Counted from the stretch's first letter, positions 1-9,464 are shown. The stretch: 64,000 bases of DNA from Candidatus Bathyarchaeota archaeon (GCA_963807605.1 CAWECG010000004.1:640001-704000), one strand, 5' to 3'. Numbers and translations are program-made. The notes: generated by a model from the sequence alone, not told the origin.

Positions 1-160
1 GGTCTTTGCACTCCCAATTTAGGGGTTGATAGTTCATGTATGCCTGTCTTTTGCGGTATGTCGTCTCATTCCAAAGTTTGGCACAGTTGGTAGCTTTATC
101 CCTCAGTATCCTCTCTTGCTCCACCATTGGATCAAGGATGAAGGTGTTGGTTCTACGCAT
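1..160 (-). CDS. tnpB: TnpB RNA-guided nuclease, N-terminal part (truncated by window edge)
   Basis: Reads MRRTNTFILDPMVEQERILRDKATNCAKLWNE..., near-identical to the N-termini of ORFs 3759-5015 and 7350-8609. Confidence 0.92.
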   Translation of the reverse strand, partial: MRRTNTFILDPMVEQERILRDKATNCAKLWNETTYRKRQAYMNYQPLNWECKD

Positions 161-269
161 GAAACTACCAGTATTATTATTGAAATACCAGACATTTAAG
201 CCCCAAACGTCTCACTCTGGTCGCAATTCACCCCACCCCTGAAGGAGTGGGCTTTCTTGCTAGTTCAAT
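1..269 (-). mobile_element. IS200/IS605-family (IS1341-like, tnpB only) element, family A copy 1; left part only, runs off the window
   Basis: Left end nearly identical to copies ending at 5124 and 8718; minus strand reads TTAC|ATTGAACTAGCAAG-AAAG-hairpin(CCCAC...GTGGG); TTAC target at 270-273. Confidence 0.92.
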
Positions 270-370
270 GTAAGCTTGGTTTTGGCTGCGGTGTATTCTT
301 CAAGTTTCTTCTCAGCGTCAGACTGGCGTCTGATGAGTGCGATTAAGAAGCTTGTGTCTAGACACACCAT
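270..370 (-). pseudogene. vapC: VapC/PIN toxin 5' fragment interrupted by TnpB element
   Basis: ATG at 370 gives MVCLDTSFLIALIRRQSDAEKKLEEY..., a PIN N-terminal xLDTS motif, directly downstream of the antitoxin; stops at the TTAC/IS junction. Confidence 0.85.
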
Positions 371-379
371 CTTGAGCAC

Positions 380-610
380 TCAGAGTCTTGGTGTAGGGAC
401 TTGTAGTTCTTGTCTTTCTTTGAGTATCTGCTCGAGTGTATCGACGAGCTCATCGTCAGGCTTGAGGCCTCTGATGTAGTTGAGAAGGGTTCCCTCAACT
501 TTCTTCTTTGATATCTTTAGGATTATGTCTGTGAAGGATTCCTTTTCGCCCTTCAGTCTCGCCAGGGCTTGGTATGCTTCTTCTGAGATCGTTATCGTCT
601 TGTGTGCCAT
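380..610 (-). CDS. vapB: Archaeal VapB-type antitoxin (DUF217-like)
   Basis: MAHKTITISEEAYQALARLKGEKESFTDIILK signature; upstream of the PIN fragment. Confidence 0.85.
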   Translation of the reverse strand: MAHKTITISEEAYQALARLKGEKESFTDIILKISKKKVEGTLLNYIRGLKPDDELVDTLEQILKERQELQVPTPRL

Positions 611-636
611 AGGGGTCACGTTGCCTACTGATCTTC

Positions 637-658
637 TAAATACACATATGTGTATTTA
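637..658. promoter_or_regulatory. 22-bp perfect palindrome, probable autoregulatory operator of the vapBC operon
   Basis: TAAATACACATATGTGTATTTA immediately upstream of vapB, adjacent to an AT-rich TATA-like stretch. Confidence 0.7.
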
Positions 659-964
659 ATATTAGTTGGATCAAACAATATTCCAACCTGAGTATCAAAT
701 CCAAGCTCAGGTTCCGCTTTCTTTCTTCACATTTCTGAATTACCCTGTTAGCGCGCGCTATGAATGTCATATAGATTGCTTTATGTGATTTACTGGTTCT
801 AGGTTCAATAGTACTGCTCGTAAATTACGTAAGATAAGGTATGCTGGGAAATCATGGAGAGTAGAGAAAAAAGTGGATGTGTTAGGCTTCGTCTTTTTCT
901 AATGACTACTACTGTAGATAAGGCTGCGACTAGTAGAGCGCGCTTTGTGGTACTGCCTACAGAG

Positions 965-2350
965 TTAGGGCGTTTTTGAAAGAGACCATAAATGGAGAAA
1001 AGCACTCCGCGTGTACAGCAAATGAAAGAGGTGAGCGAGCACAGGTGTAAGAGGGGTATAGTAGAACTCCCATCCAGTGAAGCGATTAGCAGAAGTCAAG
1101 AAGAAGATAAGGGTCCAGATGACCTGGAGGAACGTCAGCGACACCAGGAAATACCGTTGGCGTCCTCCGTTAAGATGAAGAAAAACTATTGAGGTCAGGA
1201 TTACGGATGAAGTGCTCATGAGAATGCCGTATTGAGGGAGTCTAACGGTTTGCAGAGCGAAGTAAAGAAGTGGGACTGAGGTCAATAGAGTTCCTATCGC
1301 AATCAGATCGGTTACTCGGCGTTTGATGACTGATATGCAAATCTTGTACAGGGCAAGCGGATAGACGAGAATCTCGAATGGTGTGCTGTACATCGCTTGG
1401 ATGTAGACCATGTACCACCACGGGCTTTGAACAGCCTGCGATGGGTCCGCATAGAAGTCAGGTTTCGAAGAGAGTGGATTTGAGCCGACGTGCGGCCAAG
1501 GCAACCCCGATAATTGTTTTCTGGGGATTAAGAATGGATTTCCAGGAATCTTGACTGGTTGACCAACTGTAAGATGGATTCTGTTGTATATCCAAACCTG
1601 TGAGAGATGGACAAGTGGGCTTGACCACAGATAAGGCTGAACCGCGAAAACCACGAACGCAACGATCCAGAGGAAAACCGCCATTGACTTCCATTCCGAT
1701 TGAAGTCTCCTCTTATAAAGCAGGATTCCTAGCAGCACGAAGATGCCGATGAACGCATAGTACTTACTTGCGATTGATAACGCAAACAGGACTGCACTTA
1801 GGTAGAAATGTATCGTCTTCCCTCCTTTGACATATCGAAGGAAGAAGACCACCGAACACATATAGAAGAAAGCCATTCCAGGGTCCAACAGACCATACGA
1901 TGATTCTGCAATTGAGATCGGGTCGAAGGCCAGTACAACGCATGGAATGATCGCGCCCATATGCGTACAGCCCAGATCTCTCGCTAGAAAGTAGACGACT
2001 AGAACTGTCAGCGTGCCCATGATCACGGAGACGAGACGAATTGCGCCAATACTCCCAGGTAACCACGGGAACAGGAACACAATTTTTCCGTTAGCGCCAA
2101 AAAGCACGGTGCTGCCGGCAAAGAGGAGTTTCATTACCATGGGGTGCCCAATGTTTGCCGTCCAAATTCCACTCAAGTATGATTGAGCCGCTGGCGCATA
2201 CGTAAATGCCTCGTCATAGTCAAGTGCCGCAGACGTAGCGAGTAGAAAACGCAGCAAGAACGCCATGAAAATAATAATAACGAGTTGGATCAGCTTGTTG
2301 TACTGTTCGTTATCTAATTGTGTGCCGACACTCCGAAATGTTTTGACCAA
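965..2350 (-). CDS. GT-C membrane glycosyltransferase (PMT/ArnT-like)
   Basis: Multi-TM; DEAFTY and GHP motifs in the first loop, SKY motif. Confidence 0.8.
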   Translation of the reverse strand: MVKTFRSVGTQLDNEQYNKLIQLVIIIFMAFLLRFLLATSAALDYDEAFTYAPAAQSYLSGIWTANIGHPMVMKLLFAGSTVLFGANGKIVFLFPWLPGSIGAIRLVSVIMGTLTVLVVYFLARDLGCTHMGAIIPCVVLAFDPISIAESSYGLLDPGMAFFYMCSVVFFLRYVKGGKTIHFYLSAVLFALSIASKYYAFIGIFVLLGILLYKRRLQSEWKSMAVFLWIVAFVVFAVQPYLWSSPLVHLSQVWIYNRIHLTVGQPVKIPGNPFLIPRKQLSGLPWPHVGSNPLSSKPDFYADPSQAVQSPWWYMVYIQAMYSTPFEILVYPLALYKICISVIKRRVTDLIAIGTLLTSVPLLYFALQTVRLPQYGILMSTSSVILTSIVFLHLNGGRQRYFLVSLTFLQVIWTLIFFLTSANRFTGWEFYYTPLTPVLAHLFHLLYTRSAFLHLWSLSKTP

Positions 2351-2824
2351 ACTGAAGCCGGCTATTATTATTGGTGGTGAGGCAGCGTTATTTAGACTTA
2401 TTATTCATAGTGATATTGTGATATCGACATTCCCAACATTGAGTGTAGCATTTGATAGAGAAATGCATTCAAGAAACCATCAATATTGAGTGTATTCAAT
2501 CGAGTTCTTGAAACTCTGCCATCTATCATTCGTGGCTAGAGGAAACTAGAGTCGATGTTGAAATGGAGTGACAAGCAGCTCAACAAGAAACAGCACGAAG
2601 CACTTGAAGCAATCTCGCTCTTTCACGTAGAGGCACCACAAGGTGCGCGCTTGAAGCCACTATGTCTGCAATATTAGAACTTCAACGTATTTACGTCCTT
2701 CAATCATGAGGTTTGCGTGTTCAACTTCGTGTCCCGACTGTTAACAGCTGGAAGAATGTCCCACGAACGTAACAGAACCCTTTTCAGAACACCGATTTTT
2801 CCACATATTAAAGTAAGGAAGAAA

Positions 2825-2838
2825 GTCTTAAGTAAGAC
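2825..2838. promoter_or_regulatory. Inverted repeat, probable operator of the AbrB-VapC operon
   Basis: GTCTTA-AG-TAAGAC between a TATTAAAG box (~2806) and ATG 2870. Confidence 0.5.
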
Positions 2839-2869
2839 CCTAAAATTTTGTATTAATGCGGTGGGTGTA

Positions 2870-3130
2870 ATGACCAAAGTAGTGAGTGTTACTCAAAAGG
2901 GCCAGGCAACCATTCCTAAAGCCCTGAGAGACAAGTTCAGAGTTAAAGGAAAAGTTCTCGTGGTTGAGACGTCGGAAGGCATACTCTTTAAACCCCTGCC
3001 ACGTCCTGAAGACGACTTCGGCTCATTAAAGCAGCACTTCAAAGGAGAGACGGCGCGAAAGGTTCTGGACGAAGCCAGGAGTAGAGACGAGCTGCGGGAG
3101 AAGAGGCTGCTGGAGAAAATCAGAGATTGA
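2870..3130 (+). CDS. AbrB/MazE/SpoVT-family antitoxin
   Basis: MTKVVSVTQKGQATIPKALRDKF...GILFKP; start re-called at ATG 2870; overlaps the PIN gene. Confidence 0.9.
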   Translation: MTKVVSVTQKGQATIPKALRDKFRVKGKVLVVETSEGILFKPLPRPEDDFGSLKQHFKGETARKVLDEARSRDELREKRLLEKIRD

Positions 3131-3522
3131 ACATTGTCTTCGACACTGAAGCTCTCTTAGCCTTCTATCTGGGTGAACCCAGAGGCAGAGAAGTTGAGAA
3201 ATACCTTGCAAAGGTGATGGAGGGAGAACTGAAGGGTTACCTGAACATACTCACCCTGTCTGAGCTCTACTATATCCTGTATAGGAACAGCCCTGCATTA
3301 GCTGAGGAGAAGGAGCAGAACCTCCGCAGCTATGGTTTGGATATAGTTCCAATCGATGACGATGGCCTCTGGAAAGAAGCTGCAAAGATGAAGGGAAAGC
3401 ATGCTCTCTCACTAGCAGATGCCTTCGCAGCGGCAACTGCAAAGATAAAGAAGGCAAGCCTCCTAACAGGCAGGGATAAAGAGTTTCATAGTCTGGACAT
3501 CCCCATAGAACGAATAGACTAA
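3127..3522 (+). CDS. vapC: VapC PIN-domain toxin (intact)
   Basis: IVFDTEAL...SELYY...SLADAFAAATA...LLTGRD PIN acidic motifs. Confidence 0.92.
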   Translation: MNIVFDTEALLAFYLGEPRGREVEKYLAKVMEGELKGYLNILTLSELYYILYRNSPALAEEKEQNLRSYGLDIVPIDDDGLWKEAAKMKGKHALSLADAFAAATAKIKKASLLTGRDKEFHSLDIPIERID

Positions 3523-3751
3523 CGGACGAAGAGATTTCAACAGACACAGATCATTTATCGAAGAAGATCCCCCAGAGATAGGATTAGCCAATGTCCAACA
3601 AGGTTCTGAAACCCTACATTCAATAATGATGCTTAGAAAATTCGCGGCCCTCAGACTCTGACAATTCTCGTCAACAACCCTAGGCGCTGCGAAGATAAGG
3701 ATTCTTTTGCGTGCGCTGGTCTAAACACGATCTGTGCTAGTTGTTACTTAG

Positions 3752-5124
3752 TTGACACTCACCCGCCTAAAGGCGGGGTGATTCTAGCTTCTATACTGTT
3801 CACCGGTCTAGTGTTCACTGGCCTGTTAGCCTGCCACTTCATGCCATCCCACTTTAGAAGGTCAGGGTGCGTCATCACCCTTACAGCTGTTCCTTCACGT
3901 TGAAGGTTTGCCATGTTCAAGACTCCAATAGCATCCCTGTGAACTTCCATCCCACACTCCAAGCATTTGAAGAGTCTGCCTTTCCTCTCAATGTTTTCTG
4001 AGCTGCATCTTATGCATCTGCTTGAAGTCTTGTATTCGCTGACTTCTTTCACTCTTATGCCGTATTCTTGTGCCGTACACTTTAGTCTTTGAATGATGTA
4101 TTTGAAGCTCCAGAAGTTATGGATCATAGCGTTGCTCTTCTTTCCTTTATCGTTGCCGTCTCTGATGCCTGTTAGGTCTCCTATCACAATCTTTGAAACA
4201 CCGAGATCATATAGATCTCTTACCATGACTCTTATCATGGTGTTGATGGCCTGCCGGAATCTCCGTTGCCTTATCCTGTACAGTCTACTGAGGTGCTTCG
4301 AACTTTTCTTGCCGTTGATTGTTTCAAGTATGCTCTGGCAATTTGCTATTCTATCAACCCAGTACCACCAATCTGCTAGGAGGTTTCTCCCGCTGAATGC
4401 TATTGGTTGCCTCCATCCTTCAAGCCAGATAGTGAACAGGTTGATAATGCCGATGTCGATGTAGCAGGTCTTGGAGCCTTGCGGCTTGAAGATTGGCTTT
4501 ATTTTAACAGCCTGAAAGACACGCCACTTCTTATCTATGTTATCATAGATGACTTCGGCTTTCCCCTGTCTTCCGCTCCATTTTGGCTTGCCTCGGATGG
4601 GTATTTTCATCTTCTTTGGTAGCTTCATCACTCCATCCTTCAGGCTGTAGATGTCGTTTCTCAGAACCATCATCAGCCTGTACTTTCCATCTCGCTTCCA
4701 GTATCCAGGCATACACACCTTCTCAATATTTAGTGGCAGTCTGCCTTCTCGCTCCAGCTGCTTTAATGCGAAGAAGCTCCTCCATGACTCGTTGTTCTTC
4801 CTGATGATCTGTTGAGATGTCGCCGAATCGATTAGTGGTGTATACCTTTGATAGAGGTCTTTGCACTCCCAGTCCAGGGGTTGATAGTTCATGTATGCCT
4901 GTCTTTTGTGGTAGGTTGCCTCATTCCAAAGTTTAGCACAGTTGGTAGCTCTTTCTCGCAGTATCCTCTCTTGCCCCACTGTTGGAGCAAGGATGAAGGT
5001 GTTAGTTCTCCGCATGAAACTACCAGTATTATTATTGAAAAACCAGACATTTAAGCCCCAAACGTCTCACTCTGGTCGCAATTCATCCCACCCCTGAAGG
5101 GGTGGGCTTTCTTGCTAGTTCAAT
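3752..5124 (-). mobile_element. IS200/IS605-family tnpB-only element, family A copy 2 (complete)
   Basis: LE: TTAC| + 14 nt + AAAG + hairpin; RE: GAAT + hairpin CACCCCGCCTTTAGGCGGGTG + TCAA|; no target-site duplication. Confidence 0.93.
3759..5015 (-). CDS. tnpB: TnpB RNA-guided nuclease
   Basis: RuvC-I IDIG, IGDL, VSEYKTS, Zn ribbon CIRC..CLEC, RuvC-III HRDAIG. Confidence 0.95.
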   Translation of the reverse strand: MRRTNTFILAPTVGQERILRERATNCAKLWNEATYHKRQAYMNYQPLDWECKDLYQRYTPLIDSATSQQIIRKNNESWRSFFALKQLEREGRLPLNIEKVCMPGYWKRDGKYRLMMVLRNDIYSLKDGVMKLPKKMKIPIRGKPKWSGRQGKAEVIYDNIDKKWRVFQAVKIKPIFKPQGSKTCYIDIGIINLFTIWLEGWRQPIAFSGRNLLADWWYWVDRIANCQSILETINGKKSSKHLSRLYRIRQRRFRQAINTMIRVMVRDLYDLGVSKIVIGDLTGIRDGNDKGKKSNAMIHNFWSFKYIIQRLKCTAQEYGIRVKEVSEYKTSSRCIRCSSENIERKGRLFKCLECGMEVHRDAIGVLNMANLQREGTAVRVMTHPDLLKWDGMKWQANRPVNTRPVNSIEARITPPLGG

Positions 5125-5213
5125 GTAATCGATACCAAGTTGATGGAGAACTTTCAAGAACCGCTCAGCGCTGATCTTGAGCCTAACCAGTTCAGGCAAA
5201 CGTGTGGACAATC

Positions 5214-5504
5214 TTAGGACTGCCTGGCTAGTTTACCGAGTTCCAGAACTCTCTCCAACGAAGTATGAAAGCTCGGTCCTGATCTCTGAGCCGCTAAACT
5301 CTCATCCTTAAGTTTCTTGACCTTCTTCTCATCCAACGTATTAAGCCACACAAAGAAGTTGACTTTTCTCCGAACCTCAACGCTATGCACAGGCCCAAGA
5401 TATTGTTTGTGAACATTTCTTGTCTTCGGATCGTATGAGCAAAGATAATAGTACTGAGCTCCACCAGAACCTCGCCTTTCCACTCTAACGAAGACCAACA
5501 TCAA
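5214..5504 (-). CDS. Small basic hypothetical protein, resembles archaeal virus/plasmid proteins
   Basis: YYYLCSYDPKTRNVHKQYLGPV motif; GAGG RBS upstream. Confidence 0.5.
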   Translation of the reverse strand: MMLVFVRVERRGSGGAQYYYLCSYDPKTRNVHKQYLGPVHSVEVRRKVNFFVWLNTLDEKKVKKLKDESLAAQRSGPSFHTSLERVLELGKLARQS

Positions 5505-5736
5505 TCCTCTTTAGACTGTTTCTGTTTTGATACGTGCGTACGTGTTGTCTATGTACAATTAATGTGCATATAATCTCGATTATTGAGATCATAATTTCCG
5601 AAGAATGCGGTACTTCTATTGTACATCAGTGGCATCTGTACCCATCAAATACTATATAAGTACAATATAGCATAGGTACTGTACGCTTGCTCGTGCAGTA
5701 TATTGAAAGCCAACTAGACATCCCAGAGGGGAACTG

Positions 5737-6465
5737 ATGGATCTCTTATTTCATATGCTGCTTCCTGCGATGTTGGCGATGATCGCTGGAATAGATAAGC
5801 GAAAAGCCCTCGCGATCATGCCTTTCGCGATACTCCCTGATCTTGATGCATTGCTCTTCGCTCACCACTTGATCTTCCATTCCCTGATTGTGATATCTCT
5901 CGCCGCCTTTGCTGGGCTGCTCTGCTGCCGTTTGGTGACGCCCGGCCATTTCGGAACAGGGGTCCTAGCGTCGCTGTATGTGTACAGTCATATCGTGCTT
6001 GACCTGTTTTCGAATGGCGACGTTGGATTATTCTGGCCTTTGAACAATATCGGCTATTCGATGTCTATCAACCTCACTGTCACTCATCAGAGTCTCTGGC
6101 CAACATTCGGCCTTGAGATGGTTCTGGGTCAGCACCTCCTCCCGAACTCAAGCGCAATTGTTGATGCGACCGCAATAGGTGGTGGAGGGGTTGCTCTATT
6201 ACTCCTTCTCTTGCTGACCATGACTTGGGGGTGGAGCAGCCTCGAACAGCGTTTCGAGCTTCTCAAAGCGATACCCACCTTACAGAGATCAATTGTCACG
6301 CTACGCCACACTTTTGATCTCTCAGGCTACAGAGGTTTGAGATTGTTGGGTACTAACCAATCTTTCGGAATGCAGAAGTTAGCGCCTGTGAAACAAAGGG
6401 ATAACACCCTTTTTTTGAATAATTCAACAGGCGGCAATAGGGAGCCTGAGGCTAGTCTAGGCTAG
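5737..6465 (+). CDS. Membrane-bound metal-dependent hydrolase (YdjM-like)
   Basis: PDLD, HSL, SHIVLD, GDVGLFWP motifs; multi-TM. Confidence 0.8.
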   Translation: MDLLFHMLLPAMLAMIAGIDKRKALAIMPFAILPDLDALLFAHHLIFHSLIVISLAAFAGLLCCRLVTPGHFGTGVLASLYVYSHIVLDLFSNGDVGLFWPLNNIGYSMSINLTVTHQSLWPTFGLEMVLGQHLLPNSSAIVDATAIGGGGVALLLLLLLTMTWGWSSLEQRFELLKAIPTLQRSIVTLRHTFDLSGYRGLRLLGTNQSFGMQKLAPVKQRDNTLFLNNSTGGNREPEASLG

Positions 6466-6522
6466 CCTTGAGGGGGGCTAGCCAGGCCAATAGGTTACTT
6501 GCGGGATGCATTGGCAAGATTT

Positions 6523-6711
6523 CTATTTGGTTGATCTGAGTTCATCCAATCTTCTTCTTACTGCATCTGCTATGAAGTCGCCTCGTGAACGGTAGCCATG
6601 CGTTCTGGACTCCAATAGTTTGTCTATTTTGTCTGCCAACTCTTTTGGGAGGTTGACATAAGTCCAGCCTTCACGTTTCGTGTCTATCTTCCTGGACACC
6701 CGTGTCACCAT
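6523..6711 (-). CDS. Ribbon-helix-helix (CopG-like) regulator
   Basis: YVNLPKELADKIDKL...YRSRGDFIADAVRRRL; start re-called at ATG 6711. Confidence 0.85.
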   Translation of the reverse strand: MVTRVSRKIDTKREGWTYVNLPKELADKIDKLLESRTHGYRSRGDFIADAVRRRLDELRSTK

Positions 6712-6795
6712 GCTTACTAAACCCCTACTACACGAACTGTATATAAAACCACTACCGCTACAGTGAATCGCCAGAAAACCCTTGAAGAGATTTGC

Positions 6796-6963
6796 ATGGT
6801 GGATGATATTCAAGAGAGATTAATCAGAGCTGCAATACCGAAGGCCCTCGTTGAAAGGGTTGAACGAGAAGCTTTGGACCAAGGGTCCTATCCGAGCCTT
6901 TCAACTTTCATCGCGGATGCTGTCCGAAGAAGGCTTGAACAGCTAGAAACGAAGACCGCCTGA
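6796..6963 (+). CDS. Ribbon-helix-helix (CopG-like) regulator
   Basis: AAIPKALVERVER...YPSLSTFIADAVRRRL; divergent from the previous gene, TATATAAAA between them at ~6740. Confidence 0.8.
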   Translation: MVDDIQERLIRAAIPKALVERVEREALDQGSYPSLSTFIADAVRRRLEQLETKTA

Positions 6964-7232
6964 AATCCAAGACTTTACAAGCGAGTTCTTTCAGCCAGTT
7001 CATTCCACATATTTAACTAACTGGTTTTTGTCGGTCTCCTGGTGTCACCAGACTCCATGAACCTTTCACATGGGCGCGACCACTTACCCCAGAAGGCAAC
7101 TGAGAACACTTCAACATATGGACGAGCTGGCGTTTCCTAGCAGGTCTGAAGACTCTACCCTACGCCTGATCCTTTCCTCAAAACTTTTTTTCTATTACAG
7201 GCTTTTGTAGCGTGAATAAGAAACGAGCTGGC

Positions 7233-7334
7233 TCATCTCATCCGGTCAAGTGTTTCCTTTGCTGCCTCAAGAAATTCGTTGGCTTTTCTGAGGGCATAGT
7301 CAGCTTCCTTTGCACTGCTCTTTGTTTCAAGGCC
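7233..7334 (-). pseudogene. HEPN-domain protein, 3' fragment
   Basis: GLETKSSAKEADYALRKANEFLEAAKETLDRMR* directly after the IS right end; typical HEPN C-terminal helix. Confidence 0.75.
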
Positions 7335-8718
7335 TTGACACTCCCATGCCTAAAGACAGGGGATTCTAACTTCTATCATGTTCATCGGTTGATGGGTCAT
7401 AGCGTTGTTGCGCTCCCACCTCATTCCATCCCACTTTAGAAGGTTAGGGCGTGTCATCGCCCTGTTAATGACTCCCGCAGGAAGCTTAACCCCCTGAGTG
7501 AGTCCTATATTTACAACACCAATAGCATCCCTATAAGCCTCCAATCCACATTCTAGACACTTGAAGAGTCTGCCTTTCCTCTCAATGTTCTCTGAGCCGC
7601 ATCTTACGCATTTGCTCGATGTTTTGTATTCGCTAACTTCTCTCACTCTTATGCCGTACTCTTGCGCTGTATACTTTAGTCTTTGAATAATGTAGTTGAA
7701 GCTCCAGAAGTTGTGGATTATAGCGTTGCTCTTCTTTCCATTATCATTGTTCTCTCTTATGCCTGTCAGATCTCCTATCATAATCTTTGAAACACCGAGA
7801 TCATAGAGGTCTCTTGCCATGCTTCTTATCATGGTGTTGATTGCTTGTCGGAATCTCCGTTGCCTTATCCTGTAGAGTTTGTTGAGTCGCTTCGAACTCT
7901 TCTTGTCGTTTATTGTTTCAAGTTTGCTCTGGCATTCTGCTATTCTATCGACCCAGTACCACCAATCTGCTAGGAGGTTTCTTCCACTGTATGCTATTGG
8001 TTGCCTCCACCCTTCAAGCCAGATGGTGAACAGGTTAATTACACCAGGGTCGATGTAGCATGTCTTGGAGCCTTGCGGCTTGAATAATGGCTTTGTTTTA
8101 ATTGCCTGAAAGACACGCCACTTCCCATCAACCTCATCATAGATGACCTCGCCCCTACCCTGCTTACCATTCCATCTAGGTTTACCTTTGAAGGGTATCC
8201 TCAGTCCTTTAGGTAGTTTCATCACTCCATCCTTTACACTGTAGCAGTCTTTTCTCAGAACCATCATCAATTTGTATTTTCCATTTCTCTTCCAGTATCC
8301 CGGCATGCATACCTTCTCAATATTTGGTGGCAGTCTGCCTTCTCGCTCTAGCTGCTTTAATGCGAAGAAGCCCCTCCATGACTCGTTGCATTTCCTGAGT
8401 ATTTGTTGTGTTGTCGCTGAATCGATTAGTGGTGTGTACTTTTGATAGAGGTCTTTGCACTCCCAATCTAGGGGTTGATAGTTTACGTATGCCTGTCTTT
8501 TGCGGTAGGTTGCCTCATTCCAAAGTTTGGCACAGTTAGTAGCTCTATCCCTCAGTATCCTCTCTTGCTCCACTGTTGGAGCAAGGATGAAGGTGTTAGT
8601 TCTCCGCATGAAACTACCAGTATTATTATTGAAAAACCAGACATTTAAGCCCCAAACGTCTCACTCTGGTCGCAATTCATCCCACCCCTGAAGGAGTGGG
8701 CTTTCTTGCTAGTTCAAT
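7335..8718 (-). mobile_element. IS200/IS605-family tnpB-only element, family A copy 3 (complete)
   Basis: LE TTAC|...AAAG hairpin; RE GAAT-CCCCTGTCTTTAGGCATGGGAG-TG-TCAA|. Confidence 0.93.
7350..8609 (-). CDS. tnpB: TnpB RNA-guided nuclease
   Basis: IDPG, IGDL, VSEYKTS, CVRC..CLEC, YRDAIG; close paralog of 3759-5015. Confidence 0.95.
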   Translation of the reverse strand: MRRTNTFILAPTVEQERILRDRATNCAKLWNEATYRKRQAYVNYQPLDWECKDLYQKYTPLIDSATTQQILRKCNESWRGFFALKQLEREGRLPPNIEKVCMPGYWKRNGKYKLMMVLRKDCYSVKDGVMKLPKGLRIPFKGKPRWNGKQGRGEVIYDEVDGKWRVFQAIKTKPLFKPQGSKTCYIDPGVINLFTIWLEGWRQPIAYSGRNLLADWWYWVDRIAECQSKLETINDKKSSKRLNKLYRIRQRRFRQAINTMIRSMARDLYDLGVSKIMIGDLTGIRENNDNGKKSNAIIHNFWSFNYIIQRLKYTAQEYGIRVREVSEYKTSSKCVRCGSENIERKGRLFKCLECGLEAYRDAIGVVNIGLTQGVKLPAGVINRAMTRPNLLKWDGMRWERNNAMTHQPMNMIEVRIPCL

Positions 8719-8876
8719 GTAAGAGAGGATTATTACCGCATCAAGAAGCTCTTCTTGAGAGCTTTTTCAGCTTCTTCTAGTTTTGTCGATGCGACCTCAA
8801 GTGATCTGGCGGTCTTCGCAGCATCTGGTCTTCCCCGCCTTAGCAGCCTCTTCTGAAAGCACTCTGTGAGATTCAT
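8719..8876 (-). pseudogene. HEPN-domain protein, 5' fragment (frameshifted, IS-interrupted)
   Basis: ATG overlaps the MNT stop (ATGA); MNLTECFQKRLLRR...LEEAEKAL/[fs]EELLDAVIILSY| at the TTAC junction. Confidence 0.75.
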
Positions 8877-9421
8877 CTTTTGATCATCGGTAGGTTGCCT
8901 TGAATGACTATTCCGTCAGTGATTATGCTTTCATAGAAGGCTTCATCCTGTTTGGCCTTCTCTTCCCACTCCGGGGAAGTGTAAACCAGAAGGTTGATGT
9001 TTCGATTAAGTCTCTTTTCAAAGGCAGCCATCTCAACCTTTTCAGCTCTTCCTATTACTAGGAGATCGATATCGCTGCCCTTGTCATCTTCTCCTCTTGC
9101 GCAACTTCCATATATTATGATCGAGCACTCCTCGTAATTCTGTTTGAGATACTGGGTTAAGGGTTTCACGTCACGAAGGAAGTGTGCTATCTTAAAGTGT
9201 CTGAACATAGGGTCCTCCATATCTGCCTTGAAGAATACTAGGTTGGCCTTCTTGGTTCTCACTAGAAAACCGTCGATTGTAAGTGAATCTAGGAAGGTCT
9301 TGGCAGTGCTGGCGCTTACTCCTGCGTGGGAGGCGACTTCTCGGAGATAGAACTCTCTGTAGGGCTCGTTGAGAAAGACCTTCAATATTCTCAGACCTGG
9401 ATATTCGAATAGATTTTCCAT
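8873..9421 (-). CDS. HTH-fused minimal nucleotidyltransferase (MNT antitoxin)
   Basis: N-terminal wHTH; YGSCARGEDDKGSDIDL Pol-beta NTase motif; start re-called at ATG 9421. Confidence 0.9.
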   Translation of the reverse strand: MENLFEYPGLRILKVFLNEPYREFYLREVASHAGVSASTAKTFLDSLTIDGFLVRTKKANLVFFKADMEDPMFRHFKIAHFLRDVKPLTQYLKQNYEECSIIIYGSCARGEDDKGSDIDLLVIGRAEKVEMAAFEKRLNRNINLLVYTSPEWEEKAKQDEAFYESIITDGIVIQGNLPMIKR

Positions 9422-9422
9422 A

Positions 9423-9464
9423 GAACAATCGTTCAATATAAAGAACAATTGTTCTTTATAAAAA
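9423..9464 (-). promoter_or_regulatory. Tandem palindromic operators plus TATA box of the MNT-HEPN operon
   Basis: GAACAATCGTTC (9423-9434) and AGAACAATTGTTCT (9442-9455) next to TTTTTATAAA. Confidence 0.7.

Noticed and set aside
5125-5211. HicA-like ORF (LSTRLPELVRLKISAERFLKVLHQLGIDY) interrupted by IS copy 2
   Set aside because: Weak resemblance only; the right flank gives a stop after four codons and no GSH motif.
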